From: Eledone cirrhosa | Lineage: Eukaryota | Direction: 5' to 3' | NCBI GenBank assembly: GCA_964016885.1 | Contig: OZ024742.1 | Span: 315,704,001 to 315,768,000 of the forward strand | DNA length: 64,000 nucleotides | Part shown: positions 41,640 through 57,754 of the stretch, piece after piece | How the letters are laid out: each line of letters opens with the position of its first letter | Position numbering within the stretch: the stretch's first letter is position 1 | Notes under the pieces: generated by a model | The model's input: only the letters and a program-made list of their open reading frames with translations | Told to the model about the DNA's origin: nothing | Databases searched by the model: none | Translations under genes and position numbers: made by a program

Positions 41640-41937
41640 CAGTAATTCCGCATCTTACGCGGTATTAAATAAAGCAGTTCTGAACATGTGGTCGGTAAAT
41701 ATATTTTTAAAACGCTGTAAAATTATACACGAAACCTCATTACCTAATGTGTGAGAGAAAACTTTAACCTCTTTCTAATCATTATCATTCTTTTCCTGGG
41801 TTTTCTCAACCTCACAGAGAACCCAACGTTATGCCTCCTCGATAACATCGACGTACATAAGCATTTTAAAAATCAAAGTCTCGAACATACGCGGTTATTA
41901 ACGTAGGCTCGAACCGCGAAAGATGCGAGTCCACATG
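41640..41937. mobile_element. Decayed pogo/Tigger-like MITE
   Basis: Imperfect TIRs CAGTAATTCCGCATCTTACGCGG / CCGCGAAAGATGCGAGTCCACATG. Confidence 0.5.
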
Positions 41938-42797
41938 TGCCTGTGTGCTTTATGTAGGAGTGTTTGTGTGTATAAACATGCATATGTGTGTTTGTATGTA
42001 TGTATAGTTGCTTAGTCGTTTTATCCCTGAAAGTGCAAAGGTATTCTGGCTATTACCATTTCGTCCTTCTCTTGGGCGTTATGTATCTTGGACAAATTAT
42101 CCAATATTCTTTTGAAAACGATATAATTTGCCTTTTCTGGTAGGTGAAGCTCCTCGTTTGAATCATCTGTGCATTGTTATATCCTATATATTCTCTACAC
42201 GTTCCTTAGGAGAAATGTCTCTTTGCCGATTCCTTCCTAAGAGCTTAAACTGCTATTAGAGACACCTGGAGAGAATGAAGATGGTTTAATATACCATGAA
42301 ATCCACGACCCAATCTTCGCCATCATAATGATATTAGTAATGAAATCAAATATGATAGAGAGAAAATTAAACGTTTTTTTTTTGTTTTTAAATTTCTTCA
42401 ATAAGGTTTATACCACGACGAAAGAATTTACATTTCATTCCTTAGAGGTCACTTCCGGTTTTCATTTTGGTATTTGACCTCTGATTTTGAAATTCAAGCA
42501 ATTCTAAATTCTCCAAGAAGTCTTACGCATTATTTAAATGTGTATATGTATGAACACGTAACAGAAAAAATAGGGAGTTAGCTGCTCGAGAAATGAGCAT
42601 GTATGTATGTAGTACCGCTTCATTTCACATGTGCCTCTTATGTGCTCGGAAAATATTTCCAAACTATATCTTCCATTCCTTTCTATATCTTGTTGTCTGT
42701 ATGTAAAGTTGTTAGCCTACTGATGGGTTGGATAAGACTCATTCTGATATTCTGAAAGGTACACATGGCATATAATATTTAACGTTGACAATGATCC

Positions 42798-42871
<74 letters not shown>

Positions 42872-43115
42872 ATATCTATATATATACAAGTGGAAGCTTA
42901 GTAAAATCGAAGCTTTGGGTGTGGGCAAGCAAAGTCGACTTACAATAGGAATGAGTTAGCAAAGCACTCAATAAGGGTAGGTCCTTAGAGTAATAACATA
43001 CGTTTAAATAGCTTGACAAATTGAACATTGCGGTAGGCAAAACCTAACCACACAATACCAAAGTAACGAAAGTACTAACAGGTTATATGTATATATATAT
43101 ACGTGTGTTTGTATG

Positions 43116-43210
<95 letters not shown>

Positions 43211-43470
43211 GCTGGGCAGTAGTAAAACAGTAAAGAACAAATATAGGAACACACAGACAAACAGGACGATGAAATAATTAAAAAAAATCTATTGCTTTTT
43301 CCAGTCGACCCACTGACTAGTCAGAATAGGATTAAAATAGAACCAACATGGTGCAGCTGGAAAAAATAGTCTCGCCAGCAGAACACCAGTGGCAACAACA
43401 ACGATAACACTGACAAACTCTCGATACAAGAACCTATATTTATTTATTTTAATGGTGATATAAATAATGA

Positions 43471-43681
43471 TTTCTCGTATAGGCACAAGGCCAGTAATTT
43501 TGCGAGGGGGGTCGATTAAATCGAACCAGTACGTGACTGGTACTTTATTTTATCGACCCCGTAAGGATGAAAGGCAAAGTTAACCTTGGCGGGATTTGAA
43601 CTCAGATCATAAAGGGCCATAACTCTATGCTGCAAAGCATGGCGTCCGACCCTCTACCGATACTACCAATCCACGGCCCTG
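43471..43681 (-). mobile_element. SINE B with 20-bp TSD
   Basis: TSD AATGGTGATATAAATAATGA at 43451-43470 and 43682-43701. Confidence 0.9.
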
Positions 43682-43883
43682 AATGGTGATATAAATAATG
43701 ACTATTGGGAAATGCAACAGTCATGCATTTTTCTTTGTCTCTAAATGATTTGGGTTCAATCGAAGGTGGAAGCTGGCTAGAAATAAACATCATCAGAAAA
43801 AAAATAACATCTTCAATGATAAACATCGCTAGTCACTCACACACATGCATCGAACCAAATACACCAACACTACAAGATAGTAT

Positions 43884-43926
<43 letters not shown>

Positions 43927-44020
43927 CAACAGCAGTAGTAGTAGTAGCAGTATTAGTAGCAGTAGTAGCAGTAGCAGTAGTAGCTGTAGTAGTAGTAGTA
44001 GTAGTAGCAGCAGCAGTAGC

Positions 44021-44052
<32 letters not shown>

Positions 44053-44156
44053 CAGCAGTTGTAGTAGTAGCAGTAGCAGTAGTAGTAGCAGTAGGAGTAG
44101 TAGCTGTAGTAGCAGTAGCAGTTGTAGTAGTAGTAGTAGGAGTAGTAGTAGTAGCT

Positions 44157-44202
<46 letters not shown>

Positions 44203-44313
44203 CTGTAGCAGTAGCAGAAGCAGTAGTAGTAGTAGCAGTAGTAGCAATTGTAGTAGTAGCAGTAGCAGTAGTAGTAGTAGCAGTAGTAGTAGTAGCAGTA
44301 GTAATAGTAGCTA

Positions 44314-44361
<48 letters not shown>

Positions 44362-44379
44362 CAGTAGTAATAGTAGCTA

Positions 44380-44427
<48 letters not shown>
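43884..44427. repeat. (TAG)n/(CAG) compound trinucleotide array
   Basis: Direct read. Confidence 0.95.
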
Positions 44428-44540
44428 CCTTAAGTGATATTTGAAAAAAAAAAGCTTTAGATCGATACGAACGTAAGAAAAAAAAATGTAACACGCATAT
44501 ACAATCATAACACAATGTTATTTATCTATCTATCTATCTA

Positions 44541-44607
<67 letters not shown>

Positions 44608-44937
44608 ACATATCATCTGAAGACCGTAGGTTCGATTCAATGGGGGGCCCCATTCCTTATAAATCTAAATACACACTTTCCCTCTCTCTCTCACTGTTCA
44701 AGTCCCTAAAAATTGCAGTCAGGGATTATTTGCTTTCTGCTAAATCATGAGGATGATATATATAAGATGAGAGGTAGTAATCGTTATGAAACAGACGATA
44801 ACAACATCACATGTTGAAAATCTCCGCTCCATGTGTATTTCTAGAAGTGGTCGTTTATTGGTGGATGTTACCGCGCCTTATTTTCTTTTCCGTTTATCTA
44901 CACCAACCATCATTGAAGTAACACTCCTTGCCTACAG

Positions 44938-45608
<671 letters not shown>

Positions 45609-45881
45609 ACACACACGCACACATTGACGCACAACATAAACACATATGTACATTCATATATATATATATATATTATACTTTCACTCGTTTCCATCATTAT
45701 ACTGCGTCCATGCTGGGGCAGCGCCTTGATTTAAGATTTAGTCGATCATATCGGCCCCAGTACGTATTTTTTTCAAGCCTGGTACTTATTTTATCGATCT
45801 CTGTGTAAGCGAATTAATCTCAGAATATTGATGAACTTAACACGTTTAGGAATTAAAACAAAAACAAAAATAAAAACAGAA

Positions 45882-45938
<57 letters not shown>

Positions 45939-46042
45939 GTTTCTGCTGCTGCTCATGCTTAAGGCAGCAGCTGCTTCTATCACAATAACCTACTACTACT
46001 ACTACTACTACTATTACCACCACCACCACCACCACCACCACC

Positions 46043-46108
<66 letters not shown>
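45882..46108. repeat. (CTA)n/(CCA)n/(CTG)n compound array
   Basis: Direct read. Confidence 0.9.
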
Positions 46109-46380
46109 ATTTCCCTCACTCCCGCTCTTTTCTAGTGACCCTTTTCACTTAATAATAAGCGACTGCACACATACATCCTCCCCTCCCCACCGCCTTCACA
46201 CACACATAGATATTGATATCAATGTGGGTTGTAGATTTATAGGTTTGTAGTCGAGTTGTACTTTATACATACACACGCACGCAAACACCCGTGTATATAT
46301 ATGTATATATATAGAGAGAGAGATAGAGAGAGAGAGCAAGACCATCGATCAGCGATGGAAAGAGCATTATATATATATAT

Positions 46381-46572
46381 ATAGGAACCAGTACGACCCC
46401 GACGGCTGAGCTCAAGCCGTTTCGACGGCTAATTGAGTCCAGAATTAGCCGTCGAAACGGCTTGAGCTCAGCCGTCGGGGTCGTACTGGTTCCTATTACC
46501 CACTCTACTATCCTAAGTATTGAGTACATTGATGCGTTATGGTCCACCTGGTTCCTTACCACATTTCCTTCG

Positions 46573-46574
<2 letters not shown>
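46381..46574 (+). mobile_element. Family P copy 4
   Basis: Hairpin 46381-46496 plus tail. Confidence 0.85.
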
Positions 46575-46632
<58 letters not shown>

Positions 46633-46635
<3 letters not shown>

Positions 46636-46831
46636 CGAGTAGGACCCCGACGGCTGAGCTCAAGCCGTTTCGACGGCTAATTCTGGACTCTGGACGAGTC
46701 CAGAATTAGCCGTCGAAACGGCTTGAGCTCAGCCGTCGGGGTCCTACTCGTTCCTATTACCCACTCTACTACCCTAAGTATTGAGTACTTTGGTGCGTTA
46801 TGGTCCATCTGGTTCCTTACCACATTTCCTT

Positions 46832-46834
<3 letters not shown>
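46633..46834 (+). mobile_element. Family P copy 5
   Basis: Hairpin 46633-46753 plus tail. Confidence 0.85.
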
Positions 46835-46896
<62 letters not shown>

Positions 46897-46899
<3 letters not shown>

Positions 46900-47075
46900 G
46901 GAATAGAATGAAACGAAATTTCATTTCTTACTCTTAGTACGGCAGTTACTTAAATGTAAGTATGTATGTATACGTACATACATATATGTATACAGACGTA
47001 CAGTAGTGTGTATGTATGTACATATATACATGCTACTGTACGTCTGTATACATATATGTATGTACGTATACATAC
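46897..47075 (-). repeat. Diverged 3'-part copy of the 54076-54673 unit
   Basis: AATGAAACGAAATTTCATTTC..ACTCTTAGTACGGC is the reverse complement of 54208-54243. Confidence 0.75.
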
Positions 47076-47078
47076 ATA

Positions 47079-47171
<93 letters not shown>

Positions 47172-47610
47172 ATATATATATATATATAATTGTTTCTACT
47201 TTTGGCACAAGGCCAGCAATTACTCCAGTACATTACTGGTACTTTATTTTATCGACCCCGTAAGGATGAAAAGCAAAGTTAACCTCGGCGCGGGGGCTAA
47301 GCGTTTGTATTATTTTCTCACAACTTACCCCGCTATTTCTTATATCTCACTCACTCACACCTTTCCTCTTTCACATCCCCCTTCCATACATCTCCTATGT
47401 AAAAACCACAACATTATCTTTTCCGTACATATGTCCTTGGATAAAATTTTCTTTGTTTCCCTTGTTCCCACTACTTTCATCGTTCCGTTTCGCCCTTTCT
47501 TAACCCCCCTCACCCCCTTTCCATCTTCTTATCTACGCATTGTTACTTGGCAATTCCCGCCATTTTTAACTTCAATTTTACACATTGACTCGTATAAATT
47601 TATATACACA

Positions 47611-47669
<59 letters not shown>

Positions 47670-47896
47670 GTATATATAATCACGTACTAACTTGCCATAC
47701 CCATTCTTACTTTTCCTAAAAATATCTACTCACCGTCATCACTTAAAAAAAAAACATTTTTTCCTTCTATTTCCGATTATCTAGCTGTCTTTTCTTTAGC
47801 AACAGATATATACACATACATGTATAATATACATACACATACACATACATACATACATGAATACATACTTAATTAAAATGTGTGCGTATGTTAATA

Positions 47897-47949
<53 letters not shown>

Positions 47950-47990
47950 ATTCAAATATTAACAAAATAGATATTCTTGTCATCAATTAA

Positions 47991-48056
47991 ATTTTATTAT
48001 ACATATTTCAGAGGTACATGAATCAAGTTCAACAGTACGTCCTCATCAGATAAAAT
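47991..48056 (-). ncRNA. Type I hammerhead ribozyme in a fold-back element (47941-48290)
   Basis: Minus strand ATTTTAT-CTGATGA-GGACGTAC...GTACCTCT-GAAA-TATGTA-TA/ATAAAAT, with a 7-bp stem I. Arms 47941-48017 and 48120-48196. Confidence 0.75.
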
Positions 48057-48442
48057 AAAATGATACATGACATACCCTGACATGTTAGATGGTTAAGATT
48101 TAATCAAGGTAGATTTCAAGTACGTCTGAAATATGTATAATAAAATTTAATTAATCACAAGAATATCTATTTTGTTAATATTTGAATTTAATATTAATAA
48201 CTCTGGAAAATATTTTCCTGTAGAGTGCTTCCAATCTACTGTAAAACTCATTCATGATGTACTCATTGAATCTTGTTTAACTCTTTAATATATAATATAT
48301 ATATATATATATTATATGCAGTGTGTCCCAAACATATGTATACACAAAGGCTGTCTATTCAAAAATAAATATTGCCTGTACAGGTAAAGTCTGTATACAT
48401 TTTTAGGGACACTTCGTATATGTATATATATATTCTTTTTTT

Positions 48443-48489
<47 letters not shown>

Positions 48490-48707
48490 TTATTTATTTA
48501 TTTATTTATATATTCACCCAGGCGAACCTACAGTAATTACGCGTTACACTCCCTGGATATATAAATATATATATATATATTCATAAATATTTATAAATAT
48601 ATAAATATATAAATATATATATATATATGTGTGTGTGTGTATATATATACATATATATATGTATACATATATATACATATATATATATATGTGTATATAT
48701 ATGTATA

Positions 48708-48802
<95 letters not shown>

Positions 48803-49122
48803 TTACAAATATACATATATATATTCGTCAGCCGGGCAACTCTAGACACACCATAGTATCACTACGAATAATTTGTAGAAGCTGTTATATGAATGGCGTA
48901 GCAGCATAGTAAAACGTTTGTTTACAGATGCTGCAAATGGCGCTGTTTACACAGGAACATGTGCATTCCAGTGAACAAAGCAGCCGCCTGTTATCATACA
49001 TACTGCGTATGTATGTATGTATGTATGTATGTATGTATGTATGTATGTATGTATGTATGTATGTATGTATGTATGTATGTATGTATGTATGTATGTATGT
49101 ATGTATGTATGTATGTATGTAT

Positions 49123-49425
49123 GTTCTTCTGCTTTTATAATTTCACAAATTTTTTCCCAATAGAGAGAGAGTCGGTTTCTAACATAAACAGAAGACTCTC
49201 TAATTGGAATTTACACAACATCAACTAGGTAGATATGTATGTATGCATGCATGTGTAGATATGGATGTTATTGTATGTGTGGATGTGTATGTTTTGAATT
49301 GTATGTGTGCATGTGTATATGCTTTGTATCTGTAGATGTGTATATGCAGTTATTAGATGCAACATTTTTGGAATGTTTTACATATTTTTACTGTTCCATT
49401 AATAGATTGTACTTGTAATTTCCTA
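49123..49425 (-). mobile_element. R4/Dong-type 3' end fragment in (TATG)n
   Basis: Reverse complement of ~28415-28715. TATG arrays on both sides. Confidence 0.85.
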
Positions 49426-49704
49426 TGTATGTATGTATGTATGTATGTATGTATGTATGTATGTATGTATGTATGTATGTATGTATGTATGCTTGTATAC
49501 ATGTATGTATATATGTTATATATATATATAATATATAATATATATATACAGAAAGGGTAAATGAGGGTAAATGAGGGGAGAGTGCTCTATCTATACTACA
49601 GAGCTATTTAATTATGTAATAAACAACACAAAACCTTTGGTAAATGGAATAATTGTATTGTGTTGTTTATTACATAATTATATATATATACCCCCCACTC
49701 TCCG

Positions 49705-52014
49705 GAGTCTTCAGGCTGGTGGCCGCATATGCCCCATCCGGGACACCGTGGACAGACTTCTTCAAACGTCTAGAGACTTACCTGGGAACGTCCCGCTCCT
49801 CGCTTTTAACGGGGGACTGGATGGAATCCTAGATGCGCGTTGGGACTATGTGGGAGCATGTCCCGATAAAGGGGGGTGTAACAGCCTCAAACAGTTAATC
49901 GTCCGATTTGACCTGGCCGATAGATATCGACTAGATTTTCCGACCGTGCCACTGTGGACGTGGACTAATCCCAGCGGAATATCTAGATCGTACCTAGATA
50001 GGGTTTTAGTTAGAAATAAGGATAGGGACATATTAAGCTATCCACAAATGTTAATGGTTGCCTATTCAGATCACAAACTAGTGACCTGCATGGACAACCT
50101 TGATAGAACCCATAGACAAGGACCGGGCTACTGGAAGCTGAACTTATCGTTATCGACATGCAAAGCCTACAGTAGACGGATTAGCACTTTAGTTAAACAA
50201 CACTTGACAGGGGCCATTGTCAACAACAGATGGTGGTACCCTCTCAAGAGGGCAGTTAGATTAGACTCTATAGTTTTTAGTAAAGAATTAACGTTAGATA
50301 GAAATAGGACCGAGAAGGAACTGGTAGATAAAGTAGAAGAGGCAATTAGAAGTGGCAACGTAGCCATCGTGTTAGCAACGAGAACGGCCTTGGACCAGTT
50401 CTTCGACGCAAAGCACAAGGGCTGCGTTGTCAGAAGCAAAATACGTGCTCTGGGAACACTAGGGAGCCAAAGCTGTTAGCTGGGCCCGAGTGACGGAGAC
50501 AAAAAGTGGCAACAAGTCCACGATTCGTTCTTTGAAGGACCAAGACGGATGTGTGATACGTGAGCCTTCCGATGGCGTCGTAGGACGCTGGACGGAATGA
50601 CCGGTAAAGCTGCTCAGGTCTGGTTTGGTCCGGGCCTCCAGGTGGAGAAGAACTGCAATGAGGCGACGGCCAAGGTGTTTGCACTCACCCAGAAGTGGGC
50701 TGAGTGCAAACTACCCTTGAAAGGTCGAGCGGAGGTGGCGAACACTTTTATAGTGTCCGTCATCTACTACCGCTTGACCGTCGTGCCTTGTCCAGCCAAA
50801 ACGCTTACCAAAATGGAGTGCGCTCTTCCAATTCCTTTGGAAGAGGCGGGCTCCTTTGGTGAGAAGATCTATCTGCTGCCAACACCCTTCAACGGGGGGC
50901 TGGGGATGCCGTGGCTGACGATGCGCAAACACGCGCACAGGCTGCGGCACCTCCACGTATTCCTTACCGGACAACCGGTGTGGGCCCCGTTCGTGAGGCG
51001 CGCCTTCCCACGACTCGTCTCGCTGACCGAGCTGCAGTCCTGGTTCAAGCAAAGACCAAGGAAAATGGTCGACTTGCACATCGAATGTGCTCAGGCGCTC
51101 ACAGTCCTCTGGCAAACGGACTCGGCGATCATTAGAGACTCCACTTCGTCATTCTATAGATGGTTGGTCCGCAGCAAGTGCGACGACGCACTCGGAGAAA
51201 CTATAGAGGAGGACGAACTGGCCAGTCTGTTCGGTAGGACCTTTCGCCCGGGACCTATGGACAACTTCCAAAGGTCCCTGGCCTGGCAGTGCTACCGAGG
51301 AGCTCTACCAGTTCGAGACAAGCTCTACAGACATGGGCGCCCGGGTAGGGACCCTTCGAAAAAGATCTGTCCGAGATTCGTGCGCGACGAGGAAACCGTC
51401 TCGCACGCAATTGTACACTGCCCGGGCGTTACCGACCTGGAGGCTATGTAGAACAACTATTGTCGCTGGTGGGACCAATCCAGTTGACCACTGAGTCCAT
51501 TGTCATGATCAAACCGCCACCCTCCTTCAAAAACGAAGGAGAGGCGGTTTTCCTATGTGTTATGGCTATGGTGAAAGAGGTTATATGGTGGACGATGTTA
51601 AAAGGGCTGAGGTCAGACACCTTTCTCTCCGGCGAACAACTGATCCGTTTTTTCAAATATCATTTTGGAAGAAGAATCAGGATGGAGAGAGAGGTGCTGT
51701 ACCCCAGCAAATTTTATGAAAGGTGGGTGAATGTGGCAAAGATGGCCCGAGTGGTTGGGCCTTCTCTCTATATAAGCCTGTAGGTTGAGGAAAAAGAGGA
51801 AGAGAGGAAGGGAGAACTCACTCTTGGTGCTCCCGGAGATGAGGGTTGTACATTTTTTCGGGCTGTGTACAACCTCTGTGTAACGCCTTCCCCTCTATTG
51901 GGGATTTCTATTATTATTTGTTGTTTTATTAATAGTTTTATTTTCATATACCTGTATGTAAACTCCCCATTTGTATTTGTCCTCTTCTTTTGTGCTCTTG
52001 TGGCTAATAAATAA

Positions 52015-52015
<1 letters not shown>
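49705..52015 (+). mobile_element. Tx1-type LINE copy, 5'-truncated, RT core deleted, frameshifted
   Basis: ORFs 49571-50479, 50597-51451 and 51460-51783 are homologous to ORF2 on either side of a ~1 kb deletion. Ends in (TATC)n at 52015-52082. Confidence 0.9.
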
Positions 52016-52082
<67 letters not shown>

Positions 52083-52094
52083 GCTGTCCGTCTA

Positions 52095-52391
52095 TTCTTT
52101 TATTCTTTTATAGTTTTCAGTCATTAGACTGTGGCAATGCAGGGACAACACCATGATTCAATTGATCACATCGACCCCAGGACTTATTTTTTTAAGTCGA
52201 ACCGATAAACAGATATACCCAAGAACGAACCCTCTCCTATATATATATATTTATGTAATACGACAGGCTCCTGTAGTTTATGCCTTATATATTGGCCAAC
52301 TCCGTGCGGTACCGCGTGATGGGACTGAACCCCAAAACCCCGTAGTTAAGAAGCAAGCAAACTCTTTAATCAAACAGGCATGCCTGTGCCG
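52095..52391 (-). mobile_element. Decayed tRNA-derived SINE (family C; another 3' piece at 45675-45810)
   Basis: Head GGCACAGGCATG...GGGTTCAGTCCC on the minus strand. The tail resembles 45680-45800. Confidence 0.55.
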
Positions 52392-52543
52392 ATATATATA
52401 TATAATTGACGTTCGTGAGATGTACTCAATACCGAAGTAGAGTTTACTCCTGAGTAATGAGGCTCAGGTTCACTATATATATATATATATATATAGCACC
52501 TTGTCCCTTCTTAATTCATATATATATATATATATATATATAT

Positions 52544-53673
<1,130 letters not shown>

Positions 53674-53822
53674 AAATGAAAATCCGAAGGCAAGGTAAAA
53701 AATTCCAATCATTTAATCACGACACATGTTTCAATAAGAGATAGATCGATTGTGAAGCCATGATCGATTATCACTGTTATTGGACCATTTTACACAACCA
53801 ATAATGCACCTTACTATATAAC

Positions 53823-53872
<50 letters not shown>

Positions 53873-54024
53873 ATAATAATAAATGTGAAGACTAAAATCC
53901 AAAGAGGGCTCGATAAAGATAATATATATATGAAAATATATAAAACTATAGAGCAAATATTTTTTCAGAAGATCCCGTAAGGGTGAATGCAGCGATTCTT
54001 TGCTTAAACTTTAATTCGTTATTT

Positions 54025-54074
<50 letters not shown>

Positions 54075-54075
54075 A

Positions 54076-54671
54076 ATTATAATAAATGTACGGTGAATCC
54101 ATACGTACATATATATATGTGTGCATGTATGTATATATATATACATACTTCTGTACGTCTGTATACATATATGTATGTACGTGTACATACTTATATTTAA
54201 GTAACAGCCGTACTAAGAGTGGGAAATGAAATTTCGTTTCATTTTTTCCGTTTATCGTTTTCGATGCACCCGGCCGATTAACTCACTCGATATGCAAATT
54301 GGGCTTCTCAGATGTTAATATGCATAAGGTAAGTATATAGTTCAACAATCTGGCAGGAAGGTATACGTTGCTGACGATAGCTAATAAGCTTGAAACTAGT
54401 ACAGCGTTCCTTTGTCAGTGTTGAACAAACGAGCAACGATGGTTGCTGGACACTACGGCTTAATATGGGATGTTTGTTTACAAACACACCGAGCATTATA
54501 ATAAATGTTCGGTGAATCCATACGTACATATATATATATGTGTACATGTATGTATATATATATACATACTACTGTACGTCTGTATACATATATGTATGTA
54601 CGCGTACATACTTATATTTAAGTAACAGCCGTACTAAGAGTGGGAAATGAAATTTCGTTTCATTTTTTCCG

Positions 54672-54673
<2 letters not shown>
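54076..54673 (+). mobile_element. Retrozyme/Penelope-pLTR-like partial tandem (~420-nt unit, ~1.4 copies)
   Basis: 54076-54252 is repeated at 54495-54673, with a hammerhead between them. TA flanks. Confidence 0.8.
54365..54407 (+). ncRNA. Minimal type I hammerhead ribozyme (best example)
   Basis: ACGTTG-CTGACGA-T-AGCT-AATA-AGCT-T-GAAA-CTAG-TA/CAGCGT. Six-bp stem I, 4-bp stem II, palindromic stem III ACTAGT, GUA triplet with cleavage after 54401. Confidence 0.85.
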
Positions 54674-54735
<62 letters not shown>

Positions 54736-54924
54736 TTTAGAAATATGAGGAAAACATAAACAAAGGACAGATCCTCTTTTCAGTTGTCAGTTGACGCGTC
54801 GAAACTTCCGAGACCCACAGCAGCCAACTGAAGACTGGATCTATCCTTTGTCTGTATCTTCCTTATATTTCTAAACACACTCGTTTTTAGTAACCACACA
54901 GCACATTGTCCCTTCTAAATTATA

Positions 54925-54976
<52 letters not shown>

Positions 54977-55284
54977 TATATATATATATATATAGGAATT
55001 TAGAAGGGACAAGGTGCTATATATATATAGATATATATATATACACACATCTATTATGTCCTTAGTCATGATCTTTCTATTTGACTGTCTGTAAACAAAA
55101 ACAACGCAGTATAATTTCTTCTCTGTTTACAAGCCCCCCAAAAATAAATATGTCTCTGGGTCATTGAGGTATCTACATATTAATCAATTGAATAAACTAA
55201 TTAGTCTTAAATTTAACCCAAATACACAAACAAGCGCTGAATACACACGGATACATAGGTAAATGGATAGATAAATAGATAGAT

Positions 55285-55348
<64 letters not shown>

Positions 55349-55508
55349 TGAAACAAAAACAATGAGACTAAGAGCAAGCACTAGCATTTATAATTTTTAC
55401 CTTTTCTAAATGTTATCTATCTATCTATCTGTTTGCCTACCTGTCTGTCTGTTCATTTACCTGTTTATCTGCCTGTCTGTCTGGACATTTCGATAATCAT
55501 TGAAATCT

Positions 55509-55517
55509 GTAGTAGGC

Positions 55518-55586
<69 letters not shown>

Positions 55587-55601
55587 ATGGTGGTGGTGCT
55601 G

Positions 55602-55651
<50 letters not shown>

Positions 55652-55669
55652 TGTGGTGAGGGTGGTAGT

Positions 55670-55742
<73 letters not shown>

Positions 55743-55771
55743 ATGCTGGTGGTGGTAGTGGTGGTGGTGGT
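55509..55771. repeat. (TAG)n/(TGG)n/(TAT)n compound array
   Basis: Direct read. Confidence 0.92.
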
Positions 55772-56061
55772 ACCGCCGTGGTTATGTAAGGAGTAGAAGG
55801 AGCGGCAGCTGAATCAACTAGAGTGGGAGGAGTAGGAGGCACAAGGTGATTCAGATATACAGGTCAGTGAACGAAAAACAATAAAAATGGCAACAACAAA
55901 AGTGAAACAAAAACTCCGACACAGATGAAGGGAAGCGAAGAGGTCAATCAAATGAGGGAGAAGAGAATGGGGCGAGGGTGGGGTACGTGGAGCCGTACAT
56001 GTATTTAATTTAGAGAGATGAATGCAAATAATCTCTGACCAGAGCGACAACTGCGCACATT

Positions 56062-56119
<58 letters not shown>

Positions 56120-56174
56120 TATATATATACATCTGCGTGGGGAGTGTATGTATACATATATGGATACATACGTT

Positions 56175-56248
<74 letters not shown>

Positions 56249-56343
56249 ACCGTGCACATGAATGTATATTTACTTACACAAACCACCTTTTACGTAAATG
56301 TTACGTCTATATGATTATACGTTATGGAAAGGTTATATTTGTA

Positions 56344-56397
<54 letters not shown>

Positions 56398-56591
56398 GTG
56401 ACGAAGTATATATATATAATTCATCACTGGAAATAGAAGAACAGTTAATACGCATGAATATGTGGGCACATGTTTTGTGTAAACATGTAAACAAACAATT
56501 CCAGTACAAATATATGCTGGTCTGTTCTTATCTATCTATCTGTAGATCTGTCAATCTAATCTATCTATCTATCTATCTATTTATCTATCTA

Positions 56592-56876
56592 CCTTCTCTT
56601 TACATAAGCCTGTAGGTGGAAAAGAGGAAGGAACGAGGGAGCACCCCCTCTCTGTGCTCCTGAGGAGAAGGGTTGCACACTTTTTCGGGGGTGTGTGCGA
56701 CCCCCCCAAGGCGCCTCCTCTCTATTGAGGATTTTGTTATAAATTTTATTTTGTTATATTTTATTTTATTTTTATATTTTGTTATTGCCTCCTCCTTATT
56801 GAGGACGCCTTGTTTTGTAAACTCCCCCCATTGTACTTGTCCCACTTTTTGATGCCCTGGTGGCAAATAAAAAGAA

Positions 56877-56877
<1 letters not shown>
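56592..56877 (+). mobile_element. Tx1-type 3' UTR fragment in (TATC)n
   Basis: CCTTCTCTTTACATAAGCCTGTAG matches the ORF2 end. AATAAAAAGAAA is followed by TATC repeats. Confidence 0.85.
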
Positions 56878-56958
<81 letters not shown>

Positions 56959-56959
56959 A

Positions 56960-57715
56960 TGGACGCATCCAGTTGTCAGCCGAGTCCATCGTGACGATCA
57001 CCCCGCCGCCTTCATTTAAGAATGAAGGAGAGGCGGTTTTCCTGTCTGGTGGCTATGGAGGTAATATGGTGGACGAGGTAAAAAGGACTGAGGGAAAACA
57101 CCTTTCTCTCCGGGCAACAACTCATCCCCTTCTTTAAGTACCACTTCAGAAGAATGGTGAGAGTGTAGTGAGGGGTGTTACACCCTGTTAAATTTTCTGA
57201 AAGGTGGGTGAATGTGGCGAAAATGGCCCGAGTGATTGGGCCTTCTCTCTATATACCTGTAGATTGAGGAAGACAAATAGAGGGAAGACGGGAACACCTA
57301 CAAAACGTGTCCCTGGTGTTGAGGGTTGTTCTATCCACGGGGTGTAAAACAACCCGCAGTAACATCCCCCCTCCCATTGGGGATTTCGATTGTTTTATTT
57401 TGAATATATTTTATTGTTATCCATTATTATTGTTAAAGATTGGAGGTGGATTGGCAGTATCGGTAGAGGGTCGGACGCCATGCTTTCCAGCATAGAGTTA
57501 CGTCCTTTTACGATCTGAGTTCAAATCCCGCCGAGGTTGACTTTGCCTTTCATCCTTACGGGGTCGATAAAATAAAGTACCAGTAATGCACTGGGTAATT
57601 GCTGGCCTTGTGCCTAAAGTAGAAACAATTATTATTATTAAGGATTTTATGTAAAACCCCGCCGTCACATCTTGTAATGTCCCATTTTTGTACACTCCTG
57701 TGGCAAAAGAAGAAA
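56960..57715 (+). mobile_element. Tx1-type 3' fragment with a SINE B inserted (57441-57637)
   Basis: Similar to 51478-52015. TATC repeats on both sides. Confidence 0.85.
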
Positions 57716-57754
57716 TCTATCTATCTATCTATTTTTATATCATTATCTACCGGG

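Noticed and set aside
43290-43430. Possible exon after the TTTTTCCAG acceptor
   Set aside because: All three frames stop within ~120 nt and there is no clear donor.
43829-44515. Poly-Thr mucin-like ORF (and poly-Ser/Val ORFs at 55.4-55.8 kb)
   Set aside because: Pure trinucleotide microsatellite with single-codon usage and no supporting exon context.
53722-53745. Minus-strand GAAAC-ATGT-GTC half core
   Set aside because: There is no CTGANGA upstream and only a single copy here, so support is insufficient.
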